DNA of 64,000 nt from the NCBI GenBank assembly GCA_963804645.1, contig CAWDRG010000017.1, positions 96,001-160,000 of the forward strand. Direction: 5' to 3'. Positions 1-10,482 of the stretch are shown here, in pieces (position 1 is the first letter of the stretch; each line of letters opens with the position of its first letter). Source of the stretch: an uncultured Bacillota bacterium. GTDB taxonomy: Bacteria > Sysuimicrobiota > Sysuimicrobiia > Sysuimicrobiales > Segetimicrobiaceae. The position numbers were made by a program, and so were the translations under genes. The notes beneath the pieces were generated by a model, which did not search any database, was not told where the DNA came from, and worked only from the letters and a program-made list of their open reading frames with translations.

Positions 1-162
1 CAGCGTCGTCCGCTCGACGTCGACGTTGCCGGCCACGGTCGTGATCCCCAGGACGTCGAAGTGGCGCGCCGCCAGCAGGATCGCCAGCGCGTCGTCGTGC
101 CCGGGATCGCAGTCGATGACGACCGGCCGGCGCGGTCCCGGCCGGCCGGCGTCACGAACCAC
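1..162 (-). CDS. Nucleoside hydrolase (IUNH/Rih family), 5' part; runs off the window
   Basis: Manual translation gives [35 protein letters not shown], with the DxDxGxDD motif. GTG start at 162 is tentative. Confidence 0.85.
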   Translation of the reverse strand, partial: MVRDAGRPGPRRPVVIDCDPGHDDALAILLAARHFDVLGITTVAGNVDVERTTL

Positions 163-317
163 CCGCGGTCCCGCTCGAGCCCCGGACGATCGCCCCGGCC
201 GTGCTCATCCCGGGCACCCCGTCCGGGGCCGACAGATGCGACGGGACCGGGCGAACTCCGCCCGGTCCCGATGATGCCGTGTGACGCGCACGGGACGATC
301 GCCCGCGCCGGTCGGCG

Positions 318-551
318 TCAGTGCCCGCAGCTACACGCGCCGCCGCACCCGCAGCCGCCGCCCGCGGTCAGCGGCGCCGAGGAACTCTCCCGGCCCCCGC
401 CCACCATGACCATCACCGGAGTGTAGACGCGCTTGGCCCCGGCGACACCGCAGCGCGGGCATTCGGGCGCGCTCTGCCGCTCGTATTCGGCCACGGTCGC
501 CGTGATCTCGAAGTCGTTCCCGCACGCCCTGCACCGAAACACGTACGTCAT
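318..551 (-). CDS. FmdB-family zinc-ribbon protein
   Basis: YVFRCRACG...CPRCG and a Gly/Cys-rich tail (GGGCGCGGACSCGH). Confidence 0.85.
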   Translation of the reverse strand: MTYVFRCRACGNDFEITATVAEYERQSAPECPRCGVAGAKRVYTPVMVMVGGGRESSSAPLTAGGGCGCGGACSCGH

Positions 552-653
552 CGTCTCACCGCCAGGGTTGAAGCCCGCGTTCGGGCCGGAGTGTGAAGCC
601 GCGCACTACATTCGGTGGAATTCGCGTGGAGGCTCCCGGTCTCCTGCCGCCGG

Positions 654-1661
654 TCAGCGGCGCTGCTTCATCGCGTACAACCGCGCGTCCGCCGCGGCGA
701 TCAGGCTGTCGGGATCGTCGCCATCTTCCGGCCACGCGGCGATGCCCCACATCGAGCTGAGCGTCCGGTCGACCGAAGGAATCTCGATCGCCCCGACGCC
801 CAACCGGTTGACCGCCTGCTCGGCCTGCGCCCTCGGGGTGTCCGGCAGGATGAGCGTAAACTCGTCTCCCCCGAAGCGTGCGACGAGATCGACCCCGCGC
901 ACGCGCTCCGCGAGATGGCGCGCCACCGCCGCGAGCGCCCGGTCGCCGGCCGCGTGCCCGAGCGTATCGTTCACCTGCTTGAAGCCGTTGAGATCCAGGA
1001 TCGCAACGCTCAGCACGCCGCCCGTGCGCCGCGCGCGTCGGATCTCCACCTGAAGCCGGTCCTGAAACGCGCGGCGGTTCGCGAGCCCGGTGAGGGCGTC
1101 CGTGGCGGCCAGGGTCTTGAACTGCTCGTGCAGGTTGGCGACCTCGATCGCCCCGGCGAGGTACCGGGCGACGATGGTCAGAAGGTCGAGGTCCGCGCTC
1201 GTAAACGCGTCCGCGTCGGCCCGGTGCGCGCTGAGGACCCCGATCGTCCGGCCTCGCGCCGTGAGCGGCGCGTGGATGCCGGAACGGATCCTGGCGTCGT
1301 CGTGAAGGGCACGGGAATCCGGTGACAGGTCGGGTTCGAGCACCCCCGCGCCGGTCTCGAACACGCGGCCGTGGAGTCCCTCGTTGGAAGGAATGGCCGA
1401 GCCGAGCTGGCTGCGGCGGAGTCCAGACGCGCCGCGGACGATCAGCTGGGCCGGACGGGCTTCGTCCACGAGCGCGACCGTGCAGGAATCGAACCCGATC
1501 TCCTCGTGCAGGACCTGCAGCACGTGCTCGAGGAGGTCGGACAGGTTCAGCACCGTCGTAAACTCGGCGGCGAGCCGCGCCAGGAACGCGAGCGCCCGGT
1601 CGGGCTCGGTGGACCCCGACCGCCGCCGAGATCGCCTGGTCGGTTCGAACGCCTTTGGCAC
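654..1661 (-). CDS. GAF-domain diguanylate cyclase
   Basis: GAF domain, then TDALTGLANRR and an intact GGDEF with an RxxD I-site (RGVD). GTG start chosen from an upstream GGAGG. Confidence 0.9.
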   Translation of the reverse strand: MPKAFEPTRRSRRRSGSTEPDRALAFLARLAAEFTTVLNLSDLLEHVLQVLHEEIGFDSCTVALVDEARPAQLIVRGASGLRRSQLGSAIPSNEGLHGRVFETGAGVLEPDLSPDSRALHDDARIRSGIHAPLTARGRTIGVLSAHRADADAFTSADLDLLTIVARYLAGAIEVANLHEQFKTLAATDALTGLANRRAFQDRLQVEIRRARRTGGVLSVAILDLNGFKQVNDTLGHAAGDRALAAVARHLAERVRGVDLVARFGGDEFTLILPDTPRAQAEQAVNRLGVGAIEIPSVDRTLSSMWGIAAWPEDGDDPDSLIAAADARLYAMKQRR

Positions 1662-1908
1662 GCGCGTCACGCCTCCAACCTCACGTCCGCCCAACCCGAC
1701 ACCTCGGGATTCGCGATTTCGGTGCAGCGGCGAGGACTCCCTTCTCGCCTTCCGGGAACGTTGTGCCCCGAGGGCGCGCCCAGAAGACTGGGAAAATAGA
1801 CCTAGTGGACACGCTCCCGGAGGGATGTTACCCACTAAACGCGAAAACGAACACGACCGCCGCACTCAAGAACCAGAAGTCCACGCACCACACCACGGTG
1901 AGCACACG

Positions 1909-4245
1909 ATGAGACTGACCCAAGACACGCTGGCGCGCGCGCTGCCCGAACTTGCCGGAACCGTACGTCCGCCCCGACTGGGCGCCGCCGCGGACGTGTG
2001 GCGCGATCCCGAAGGGATCCCCCACATCTTGGCGGCGTCGGCCCGCGACGCGTTCTACGCCCAGGGATTCGTGCACGCGCAGGACCGGCTCTGGCACATG
2101 GAGTACGATCGCCGCCGCGCGCAGGGACGATTTGCCGAGTACGCCGGCGCGGCCGCCGTCGCGCAGGATGTGCACCTGCGCCGCCTGCGGCTCGCCGCGA
2201 CCGCACGGGACGACTACGAGACCGTGAACGAGGAGACGCGCGCGATGCTCGACGCGTACGCGGACGGCGTCAACGGATTCCTCGCCGTCACACGCACGCT
2301 GCCGGTCGAATTCCTGCTGCTGGATGCGCGCCCCGAGCCGTGGGCGCCGTGGGACAGCCTCGCGGTGTTCAAGATCCGGCACGTGGAAATGGGCAGCTGG
2401 CAGTCGAAGCTGTGGCGCGCCCGGCTCCTCCGCCGCGTCGGTTCGGAGCTCGCGTCGACCCTGTGCTCGGTGATCCAGATGCCCCCGAGCCCGACGCTGA
2501 TCGTGCCGCCCGGGGGCCCGTGTCCCGGCCCGGCGCCGGACGCCCTGCCGGTGTTCGACGCCGGCGCGGCGGCGCTGGCCGACGTTGCCGACCTGGGCGG
2601 CGGCAGCAACAGCTGGGCGCTCGCCGGAAGCCGCACGGCATCGGGGCAACCCCTTGTCGCCGGCGATCCCCACCGGGGTCTCGACGTTCCGGGCGTGTAC
2701 TACCAGAATCACCTCGCGTGCCCCGACTTCGACGCGATCGGGCTGTCGTTTCCCGGGACGCCGGGCCTGCCGCACTTCGGCCACAACCGGTTCGTGGCGT
2801 GGTGCGTCACGCACGCGATGGGCGACTATCAGGATCTGTTCATCGAGCGCTTCGATCGCGACGATCCACGCCGCTATTGGTTCCGGGGCGACTGGCGGCG
2901 CGCGGACGTCGTCCGCGAGACGGTGCGCGTGCGCGGCGGCGAGCCGGTGGAGTTCGACGTCACGAGCACCCACCACGGGCCGGTCGCGCTCGGCGACCCC
3001 AAAGACGGCTGCGCGATCGCCTTTCGCTACACGTCCACCGCGGAGCCCAACCACACGTCCGAGGCGCTGCTGCCGATGCTGCGCGCGGGGTCGGCGGACG
3101 CGCTTGAGGCCGCCATGCGCCCCTGGGTCGAGCCGGCGAACAACTTCGTCTTCGCGGATGTCGACGGCACGGTCGGGTACCGGACGCGCGGCCGCATCCC
3201 GATCCGGCACGCCGCGAACGCCTGGCTGCCGGTCCCGGGCTGGGACGGGGAGCACGAGTGGCAGGGTGCGATTCCGTTCGAGGAGATGCCGGCGATGCGC
3301 AACCCGGAGACGGGATGGATCGCCACCGCCAACAGCCGGATCACCGGACCCGAGTACCCGCACTATCTCGGGCTCGACTACGCGCCGGATTTCCGCACCC
3401 GTCGGATCATCGAGCGGCTCCGGACGGTCACGCGCGGCACCGCGGCCGACATGGCCGCGATCCATGCCGATCGTGTGTCCATTCCCGCGATCGAGTTGGT
3501 CGCCTGTCTCGACGGCGTCGCTCCGACCGGTCTCCTCGCCCAAGCGGCGCTCGCGCGGCTCCGCGCCTGGGACGGGGTAATGGCGCCCGAGGCGGTCGGC
3601 CCGACGATCTACACCGCCGTGCGGGACCGGCTGATGCGGAATCTGTTGGGCCCGATCTTCGGACCGCTCACGGCCGAGGCGTTCGGACCCCTCCCGAGCG
3701 GCGGGGTCGGGCACGTCGCGCGCCTGAGGGCCCGCCTCGCGGGCTGGATCCGCGACAACGATCGGACGCTGCTGCCTGCCGGCGAGGACTGGCCGGGCAC
3801 GATGGCGCGCGCGCTCGAGGGAGCGGTCACCGAACTGAGCGCCGCGCTCGGTCCCGACACCGACACGTGGCGCTGGTCGCGGCAGCACCTGGCGCAACCG
3901 CGCCACCCGCTGTCCGCCGCGTTCCCCGAGGATGCGGCGATCCTCTCACCCCGGCCGGTCGCGGTGGGCGGTGACGGCGACACCGTCCAGGCCGGCTCGT
4001 TCATTCCGGGGGCGGGGTACCAGGTCACCGGCACGTCGGTCGCGCGCTACGTCTTCGATCTCGGGGACTGGAATCAGAGCGCGTGGATCGTACCGCACGG
4101 CGCGTCGGGCCATCCCGGCAGCCCCCACTTCTCGGATCAAACCGAGGACTGGGCCGCGGTGCGCCTCCGCCCCATGCGCTACGAATGGGCCCGGATCAGG
4201 GCCGAGGCCGAACACCATCAGCGGCTCGAACCGGCGGCATCCTGA
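1909..4245 (+). CDS. Penicillin acylase family Ntn-hydrolase
   Basis: RDPEGIPHI, QGFVHAQDRLWHME, GSNSW nucleophile motif, AGDPH, GASGHPGSPHF. Confidence 0.92.
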   Translation: MRLTQDTLARALPELAGTVRPPRLGAAADVWRDPEGIPHILAASARDAFYAQGFVHAQDRLWHMEYDRRRAQGRFAEYAGAAAVAQDVHLRRLRLAATARDDYETVNEETRAMLDAYADGVNGFLAVTRTLPVEFLLLDARPEPWAPWDSLAVFKIRHVEMGSWQSKLWRARLLRRVGSELASTLCSVIQMPPSPTLIVPPGGPCPGPAPDALPVFDAGAAALADVADLGGGSNSWALAGSRTASGQPLVAGDPHRGLDVPGVYYQNHLACPDFDAIGLSFPGTPGLPHFGHNRFVAWCVTHAMGDYQDLFIERFDRDDPRRYWFRGDWRRADVVRETVRVRGGEPVEFDVTSTHHGPVALGDPKDGCAIAFRYTSTAEPNHTSEALLPMLRAGSADALEAAMRPWVEPANNFVFADVDGTVGYRTRGRIPIRHAANAWLPVPGWDGEHEWQGAIPFEEMPAMRNPETGWIATANSRITGPEYPHYLGLDYAPDFRTRRIIERLRTVTRGTAADMAAIHADRVSIPAIELVACLDGVAPTGLLAQAALARLRAWDGVMAPEAVGPTIYTAVRDRLMRNLLGPIFGPLTAEAFGPLPSGGVGHVARLRARLAGWIRDNDRTLLPAGEDWPGTMARALEGAVTELSAALGPDTDTWRWSRQHLAQPRHPLSAAFPEDAAILSPRPVAVGGDGDTVQAGSFIPGAGYQVTGTSVARYVFDLGDWNQSAWIVPHGASGHPGSPHFSDQTEDWAAVRLRPMRYEWARIRAEAEHHQRLEPAAS

Positions 4246-4299
4246 ACCGCCGCGACGCGCGGCTGTTCCCGGCGGACGAACCCGCCACCCATGGAGCGG

Positions 4300-4830
4300 C
4301 TAGCAGTTGTAGGGAATGCAGGCGGTAAACGCCTGACTGAGCCCTTCGTTTCCATTGATCGGAATCGTCACGACGAACGTCTCGCCGATCTCGAGCCCAT
4401 TGTTCATGGACGGCCACCAGACCTGAATCCCGAGCGCGGTTGACGCGGTGGCCCCCAGGACCACGGTACGGTAGGAATCACTACCGGACGTCCAGTTCCA
4501 GTACTTGCCCGGGGTCTCGCTGAAGCCGATGGCGCTGTCGTTCGTGCAAGACCCCCAGTTATTCGTGTTCTGGAGGTAGCATCCCCAGACCAACGTGCGC
4601 CACTGATCGGCCATGGAGTTGCCCTCGTCGATCGCGGCCTTGTTGCGCGCCCCAAGGTACGCCGGCAGCGCCAGGGCCACCAGCAGGGCTATGACGGCCG
4701 ACGCCACCAGGAGTTCCAGCATGGTAAAGCCCGACTGCGTGGAACGCAGCCAGGCCAATCCTCCGCGTCCGGCGCTCGCCCTTCCGACGCCGATCCGCGC
4801 GGCCGCTTGCCCTCGCTCGGGCTCCCCCAA
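4300..4830 (-). CDS. Type IV pilin-like protein (prepilin N-terminal cleavage/methylation motif)
   Basis: G|FTMLELLVASAVIALLVALALPAY. The true start is probably downstream of 4830. Confidence 0.85.
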   Translation of the reverse strand: MGEPERGQAAARIGVGRASAGRGGLAWLRSTQSGFTMLELLVASAVIALLVALALPAYLGARNKAAIDEGNSMADQWRTLVWGCYLQNTNNWGSCTNDSAIGFSETPGKYWNWTSGSDSYRTVVLGATASTALGIQVWWPSMNNGLEIGETFVVTIPINGNEGLSQAFTACIPYNC

Positions 4831-5119
4831 CCCGATCGCCGGCCCTTCTTGACGGACAGCCCGCCTCTCCCGCGAGCGCCGTCCCTGATGCCTTCCGCGG
4901 TCCGTCTCCCAAGAGCGCCCGAGCGCGCCGCGCGTCTCCCGGAAGCCGCCCGTCTAGATCGAACGATACGTCCACATTCACTCTGCAACGACGCCCGAGC
5001 GCGCGCCATAGGACGAAAGTCCCAGCGCCCGGAACACATGGTCGGTAGGATGCCGGCGTGCACGGGCGGGGCGGCGCGCCGCGCTGTGATCGCGGCTCAG
5101 GCTCCCGCCGGCCCGTCGG

Positions 5120-5710
5120 TCAGGGGTTCCCTCCAAAAAACGCAAACGTGGTGCAGTACGACGGCGCGGCGTAGGCCGCCGCGCCATTGCCTTGGTTGAT
5201 AAGGGTGGCGTAGTACTTGCACACGTCGTACTCGTACTTCAGCCCCGCGTTAGTCAAATAGAACCGATACGACCCGATCCAATCATGCCGGGCCGCGAAG
5301 TTCTTGAAATCGTCCTTGAGGACGGCGCTCTTGCCTTGTTTGCTCCACTGAAAACCGCCGCGCGGGATGACGCCGATGTCTCCACTGTATTGGAACACAT
5401 AGGCCCCGCCGAGGTTGTTCCTCAACCCAATCACCACGTCGATGTCGTGGTACGGGTGTGCGACGTGAAACGTGCCCGAGTAGAGATACGTGCCGTCCGG
5501 ATTGACGATCAGATTGGTCGATCCCGCTCCGTTCTTGTAGCGCCAGTGCACCACGACCGGTCCGCTGCCGACCCCGTGATGCACCGGGGTCGTCTCCACC
5601 GGTGCGATGTCGTTCGGCAGAGTTTTCACCACAATCGGCGGGGTGCTCGCGAAGGCTGCGCCGGCACAGCATGCCCAGACGACCAGCGACAAGAGACGAC
5701 GATACGTCAT
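5120..5710 (-). CDS. Secreted hypothetical protein
   Basis: Signal peptide ending AFA, GGAGG RBS, non-repetitive globular composition. Confidence 0.7.
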   Translation of the reverse strand: MTYRRLLSLVVWACCAGAAFASTPPIVVKTLPNDIAPVETTPVHHGVGSGPVVVHWRYKNGAGSTNLIVNPDGTYLYSGTFHVAHPYHDIDVVIGLRNNLGGAYVFQYSGDIGVIPRGGFQWSKQGKSAVLKDDFKNFAARHDWIGSYRFYLTNAGLKYEYDVCKYYATLINQGNGAAAYAAPSYCTTFAFFGGNP

Positions 5711-5758
5711 CGTGGCCTCCCTCCATCCGCGTCGAGCCGACCGATCGGTCCGACGACG

Positions 5759-6553
5759 CTACCGTCCGGTCCAGTGCGGGGTCCGCTTGTCGAGGAACGC
5801 CGCGACGCCTTCCTGAAAATCGGTGCTGTTGTAGCAGGTCGCCACCAGCGCGTGCCCCGGGTCGTCGGGCAGCAGGCGGTGCACGACGCGCCGGACGACT
5901 TCCTTGCTGACCCGCAGCGTCAGCGGCGGCGCCTGCGCGATGCCCTCGGCGAGTTCGCGGACACGTGCCTCGAGCGCGTCGAGCGGCACCACCTGATTGA
6001 CGAGGCCCCAGGCCAGCGCCTCCGTCGCCTCCACGTGGCGGGCGGTGTAGATCAATTCCTTCACCCGCGCCGGACCGAGAAGGGCCACGAGCCGGGCGTA
6101 GTTCTTGATCGACAGGCAGTTGCCGAGCCGGGTGATCGGAATCCCGAACCGCGCGTTGTCGGCGGCGATGCGGAGATCGCACGTCACCGAGATCGTGAGC
6201 CCCCCGCCGACGGCGTACCCGCGGACCGCGGCGATCGTCGGCTTGCTCACGCTCTCCAGCCGCCCGATCACGCGGTCGATGCGCTCTTCATAATCGATTC
6301 CGGCCTGTGGGTTCCCGCGGAACGCGGGGAACTGGCTGATATCGGTGCCGGAGATGAACGCGCGGTCCCCGCGTCCCGTGATCACGAGCACCCGGATCTC
6401 GTCGTCGCCGTCGACCTGGTCGCAGATCTCGACCAGCCGCTCGTACATCGCCCACGTCATCGCGTTCCGCGCCTCGGGGCGGTTGACGGTCACGTAGGCG
6501 ACGCCGCGCTCGACCTCGAGCAGCATCTCAGGCTGATCCACGGCGGGTTTCAT
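5759..6553 (-). CDS. Enoyl-CoA hydratase/isomerase family protein
   Basis: NRPEARNAM, AFISGTDI, GYAVGGG, DFQEGVAAFLDKR. GGAGG RBS. Confidence 0.92.
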   Translation of the reverse strand: MKPAVDQPEMLLEVERGVAYVTVNRPEARNAMTWAMYERLVEICDQVDGDDEIRVLVITGRGDRAFISGTDISQFPAFRGNPQAGIDYEERIDRVIGRLESVSKPTIAAVRGYAVGGGLTISVTCDLRIAADNARFGIPITRLGNCLSIKNYARLVALLGPARVKELIYTARHVEATEALAWGLVNQVVPLDALEARVRELAEGIAQAPPLTLRVSKEVVRRVVHRLLPDDPGHALVATCYNSTDFQEGVAAFLDKRTPHWTGR

Positions 6554-6588
6554 CCTCCTGGGTCCGCGCGGCCCGGCGCGAAACGCGA

Positions 6589-7884
6589 TCAGGCCGTCGG
6601 CGTTGAGTGTCCGGGGGTGTCGCCGCCAACCGGCGCGTCCGGCGGGGTCTCCCCGCGCCGCTCGGAGGGGGCCGGCCGCGACTCGGAGCCGGTCGGCGCC
6701 GCGGTCACGACCTGCCGCAGCAGCTCGCCGGCGATGTCGCCGATCGTGACGCGGCCTTCCTGATTCTGCGAGGTGATGTAATCTTGCACCCGCGTCCGCT
6801 CGCGCTCGCGGGCGAGGCGCTTGAGGCTGAGAATCATGCGCCGTTCCTCGGGCCGAATCTCGGTGATCAGCGCCTCGACGGTCAGGCCGACCTGCACGAC
6901 CTCGTCGACCTTCTGCACGCGCTTTTCGGCCATCTCCGAGATCGGGATGAACCCGTCGATGTCGCCGAGCCGGACGAACGCGCCGGACGCGACGACGCGG
7001 ACGACCTTCCCGGACACGGTCTGCCCCGGGCGGTAGGTGTTGCCGATGTGCTGCCACGGATCCGGCAGGATGTGCTTCAACCCCAGCGAGATGCGGCCGG
7101 CCTCCCGGTCAACGCGCAGCACGGCGACCGTCACGTGCTGCCCGCGGCGCACGACCTCGGACGGGTGCTTGATGTAGGTCCACGACATCTCGCTGATCGG
7201 CAGCAGGGCGTCCACGCCGCCGAGGTCGACGAACGCGCCGAAGTCGGCGAGGCGCTTGACGACACCCTCGCGCACCTGGCCCTCCTCGAGCGAGCTCAGC
7301 AGCTCCGCGCGGCTCTTCGCCCGGGACTCGACCAGCGCGTTCTTGTGGGACAGAATCACCCGGCCTTTGGGCCGGTCGACCTCGATCACCTTCAGCGGAA
7401 TGCTCTGCCCGACGAGGGCCTCAAACTGCCGGCCCTTGGCCTGTGACAGATCGACGTGGCTGCCGGGCACGAAGCCGCGCACGCCGAGGTCGACGACGAG
7501 CCCGCCCTTGACCTTGTCCACCACCATCGCGTGGATCACCGCGCCGGACTGGAATGTCTCCTGGATCCGGTCCCAGGTGCGGGCCAAATCGGCGCGCTTC
7601 TTGCTCAAGAGGATGCTGCCCTCGTCGCCCTCGACCTTCATCACGTACACGTCGATCCGGTCGCCGACCGCGATCCCCTCGACCACGTCGCCCCGCGCGG
7701 ATAGTTCCTTCGGCGGAATGAATCCGTCGGACTTCGCCCCGACGTCGACGAGGACGCCCTCACTGTCCACGCGGACCACGGTGCCTTGGACGATCTGGCG
7801 CTCTGCCAGCGCCGGCATCTGCGCGAGATCGATCTCTTCCGGCTGCGCCGGCGCTGTCTGTTCGTCGGACATCGAACTCACCAT
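6589..7884 (-). CDS. rpsA: 30S ribosomal protein S1 (four S1 domains)
   Basis: Repeated S1 motifs: VDVGAKSDGFIP, VKGGLVVDLGVRGFVPGS, DFGAFVDLGGVDALLPISE. Confidence 0.9.
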   Translation of the reverse strand: MVSSMSDEQTAPAQPEEIDLAQMPALAERQIVQGTVVRVDSEGVLVDVGAKSDGFIPPKELSARGDVVEGIAVGDRIDVYVMKVEGDEGSILLSKKRADLARTWDRIQETFQSGAVIHAMVVDKVKGGLVVDLGVRGFVPGSHVDLSQAKGRQFEALVGQSIPLKVIEVDRPKGRVILSHKNALVESRAKSRAELLSSLEEGQVREGVVKRLADFGAFVDLGGVDALLPISEMSWTYIKHPSEVVRRGQHVTVAVLRVDREAGRISLGLKHILPDPWQHIGNTYRPGQTVSGKVVRVVASGAFVRLGDIDGFIPISEMAEKRVQKVDEVVQVGLTVEALITEIRPEERRMILSLKRLARERERTRVQDYITSQNQEGRVTIGDIAGELLRQVVTAAPTGSESRPAPSERRGETPPDAPVGGDTPGHSTPTA

Positions 7885-7951
7885 CCCTCATTCGACAATC
7901 ACACCCGCGCCGGGATCACCGGGCGGGGTGTGTGCGTGCCCACGACACGCC

Positions 7952-8422
7952 TCAAGTATATTCTCGTTCGCCGGGCGCGCGCCCGCTCCTGCCCTCGCGC
8001 CGGTCGGCCGGCGCCGCCGCGTCGACCGGGCCCAGGAAGCCGGCGATCTCGTCGGGAATCCGACGCGCCCGGCCGGCCCGGTCGACCGCCGCATGCACCG
8101 TGTACCCCTCCGCCAGCCGTTCCCCGTCGGCGCGCCGCACGATCTCGTACCCAAACGACAGGGTCGACGGGCCGAGCGACCGGAGGTGCGTCCGGATCAC
8201 CAGGACATCGTCGTAGCGGGCGGGCCGGCGGTACCGGCAGTGCGCCTCGACGACCACGAGCAGCCAGCCGGCCTCCTCGACCTCCGCGTACGATCGGCCG
8301 CGCGCTCGGATGAACTCCGTGCGGGCGGCCTCGAACCAGACGAAATAGCTCGCATGGTGCGCGACGCGCATCTGGTCGGTCTCGGCGTACCGCACCCGGA
8401 GCTCCAACTCCGCCGTCTCCAT
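7952..8422 (-). CDS. Acyl-CoA thioesterase (YbgC/FadM family)
   Basis: RVRYAETDQMRVAHHASYFVWFEAARTE. Confidence 0.9.
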   Translation of the reverse strand: METAELELRVRYAETDQMRVAHHASYFVWFEAARTEFIRARGRSYAEVEEAGWLLVVVEAHCRYRRPARYDDVLVIRTHLRSLGPSTLSFGYEIVRRADGERLAEGYTVHAAVDRAGRARRIPDEIAGFLGPVDAAAPADRREGRSGRAPGEREYT

Positions 8423-8509
8423 CGGGGCCTCCTGCGGAAGTGCCGTCCGCCCGCGGCGGCCGGAGATCCCATCCCGTTGGTACGGGCGGGCGGCCGATCG
8501 GGTTCCGGA

Positions 8510-9394
8510 TCAGAACCCGCGGCCCCGCAGCCGAGGATCCAAGAGATCCCGCAGCCCGTCGCCGATCAGGTTGAACCCGATCACGGTCACGAGGATCGCC
8601 AGCCCCGGAAACGTCGCGATCCAGGGGGCGGTCAGCATGTAGGAGCGTCCTGTCGCGAGCATCGAGCCCCACTCGGGCGTCGGCGGGGTCGCGCCGAGCC
8701 CGAGAAACGACAGGCCCGCGGTCTCCACGATGGCGAATCCCACGGTGAGCGTCGCCATGACGATGATCGGCGACAGAATGTTGGGGAGAACGTGGCGGCC
8801 GAGGATCCGGGTGGCGCCCGCCCCCACGCCCCGCGCGGCCTCCACGAAGTCCTGCTCGCGGATCGCGAGCACCGCCCCCCGGACCAGCCGTGCGAACTGC
8901 GGGGTGTACACGATGCCGATCGCGATCATGGCATTGATCAGGCTCGGGCCGAGGATCGCGACCACGATCATCGCGAGCAGCAGGTATGGGAACGCGAGCA
9001 TGACGTCCACGCCGCGCATCACCGCCGAGTCGACCCATCCCCCGAAATATCCGGACACGACCCCGAAGAACACCCCGAGCGCGATCGCGATGCCGTCGGC
9101 GACGATCCCCGCCCCGAGCGCGATCCTGGCGCCGAACAGGACGCGCGAAAAGATATCGCGCCCAAACTCATCAGTCCCAAACAAATGCGCCGGCGAGGGA
9201 GACAGCAGCTGATCGGCAAACGCCTGGTCGATCGGATTGTACGGTGCGATCTGCCCCGCGAAGACCGCGGACCCGATCACCACCACGAGCACCACGAACC
9301 CGATGATCAGGTTGGGGCTGCGCACGAGGCGCCGCCACGACAGCGCCGCCGCGCGCCGGCGCGGTTCCGAGACCGCCGCCTCGACCGCGCTCAT
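8510..9394 (-). CDS. Peptide/nickel ABC transporter permease (DppC-like)
   Basis: HLFGTDEFGRDIFSR, EAA loop, LSFLGLG..PPTPEWG. Confidence 0.92.
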   Translation of the reverse strand: MSAVEAAVSEPRRRAAALSWRRLVRSPNLIIGFVVLVVVIGSAVFAGQIAPYNPIDQAFADQLLSPSPAHLFGTDEFGRDIFSRVLFGARIALGAGIVADGIAIALGVFFGVVSGYFGGWVDSAVMRGVDVMLAFPYLLLAMIVVAILGPSLINAMIAIGIVYTPQFARLVRGAVLAIREQDFVEAARGVGAGATRILGRHVLPNILSPIIVMATLTVGFAIVETAGLSFLGLGATPPTPEWGSMLATGRSYMLTAPWIATFPGLAILVTVIGFNLIGDGLRDLLDPRLRGRGF

Positions 9395-10395
9395 GCGTAC
9401 CGGATCCTCGGATCGAGGTAGGCGTACAGCACGTCAACCAGCAGGTTCGCGAGCACGAAGATCCCCGCGGCGATCAGCACGACCCCCTGGACGACCGGGT
9501 AGTCGCGCGCCAGCACGCTCGTGATCGCCAGGCGCCCGAGCCCCGGGAGCGCGAAGATCGTCTCGGTCAGCACGGCGCCGCTCAACAGCAGGCCCAGCTG
9601 CAGCCCCACGAGGGTCACGACCGGCAGCAGCGCGTTCCGGAGCGCATGGCGCCGGACGATGCGCCGCTCCAGGACCCCCTTCGCGCGCGCGGTCCGCACG
9701 TAGTCCAATCCCAACACCTCGAGCATGGTCGAGCGCGACATCCGTGCGATCGTGGCCATCGAGGTAAACCCGAGCGCGACCGCGGGCAGGACCAGATGCC
9801 AGGCGGCGCTCCGGGCCACGGCCCACTGTCCGGTCAGCAAGCCGTCGACAAGCGGCATCCCCGTGACGTGGCGCCACGTCATGCCCTCGTCGAGGAGGTT
9901 GCCGAGCGGCAGCCACCCGAGGATCCCGCCGAACACGAGGAGGAGCAGAATCCCGGTCCAGAACACCGGCATCGAGACCCCGACCAGCACGCCCATCATC
10001 GCGCCGGTGTCCGCCAGCGAGCGCGGATGGCGGGCCGCGAAGACGCCGACCGCCAGGCCGAAGACGATCGCGAACAAGAGCGCCGCGACGCTCAGCTGGA
10101 TCGTGACCGGCATCGCCTGCTCGATCTCCCAGATGGCCGGCGCCCTGGTGCGCAGCGAGATGCCGAAGTCCCCCTGCACCGCCCCCGCGAGAAACCGGAC
10201 GTATTGGATGTAGACCGGCTGGTCTAATCCGAGTTGGTGGCGCAGCCGGATGAGATCGGCCTGCGTGCCCTTGTCACCCAGCAGCAGCTCGGCGACATCG
10301 CCGGGGATGGCGTGCATCCCAAAGAACACGAGGATGCTCACCCCGATCATCACGGGCACGAGCTGCACGAACCGGCGGGCGATGTACTTCAGCAT
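9391..10395 (-). CDS. Peptide/nickel ABC transporter permease (DppB-like)
   Basis: LGLDQPVYIQY, DYVRTARAKG, RDYPVVQG, DPRIRY. Confidence 0.92.
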   Translation of the reverse strand: MLKYIARRFVQLVPVMIGVSILVFFGMHAIPGDVAELLLGDKGTQADLIRLRHQLGLDQPVYIQYVRFLAGAVQGDFGISLRTRAPAIWEIEQAMPVTIQLSVAALLFAIVFGLAVGVFAARHPRSLADTGAMMGVLVGVSMPVFWTGILLLLVFGGILGWLPLGNLLDEGMTWRHVTGMPLVDGLLTGQWAVARSAAWHLVLPAVALGFTSMATIARMSRSTMLEVLGLDYVRTARAKGVLERRIVRRHALRNALLPVVTLVGLQLGLLLSGAVLTETIFALPGLGRLAITSVLARDYPVVQGVVLIAAGIFVLANLLVDVLYAYLDPRIRYA

Positions 10396-10429
10396 CGGAG
10401 CGCCTGTCTCGAAAGAGTCATCAACTCGA

Positions 10430-10458
10430 GGGGACCCGCCGACCGGCGGCGGGTCCCC
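10430..10458 (-). terminator. GC-rich stem-loop between the substrate-binding and permease genes
   Basis: GGGGACCCGCCG-N5-CGGCGGGTCCCC perfect 12-bp stem. No strong U-tract, so likely an mRNA-stabilising or partial terminator. Confidence 0.5.
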
Positions 10459-10482
10459 CGCTCCACGTCCGCGGCTCCCGAC

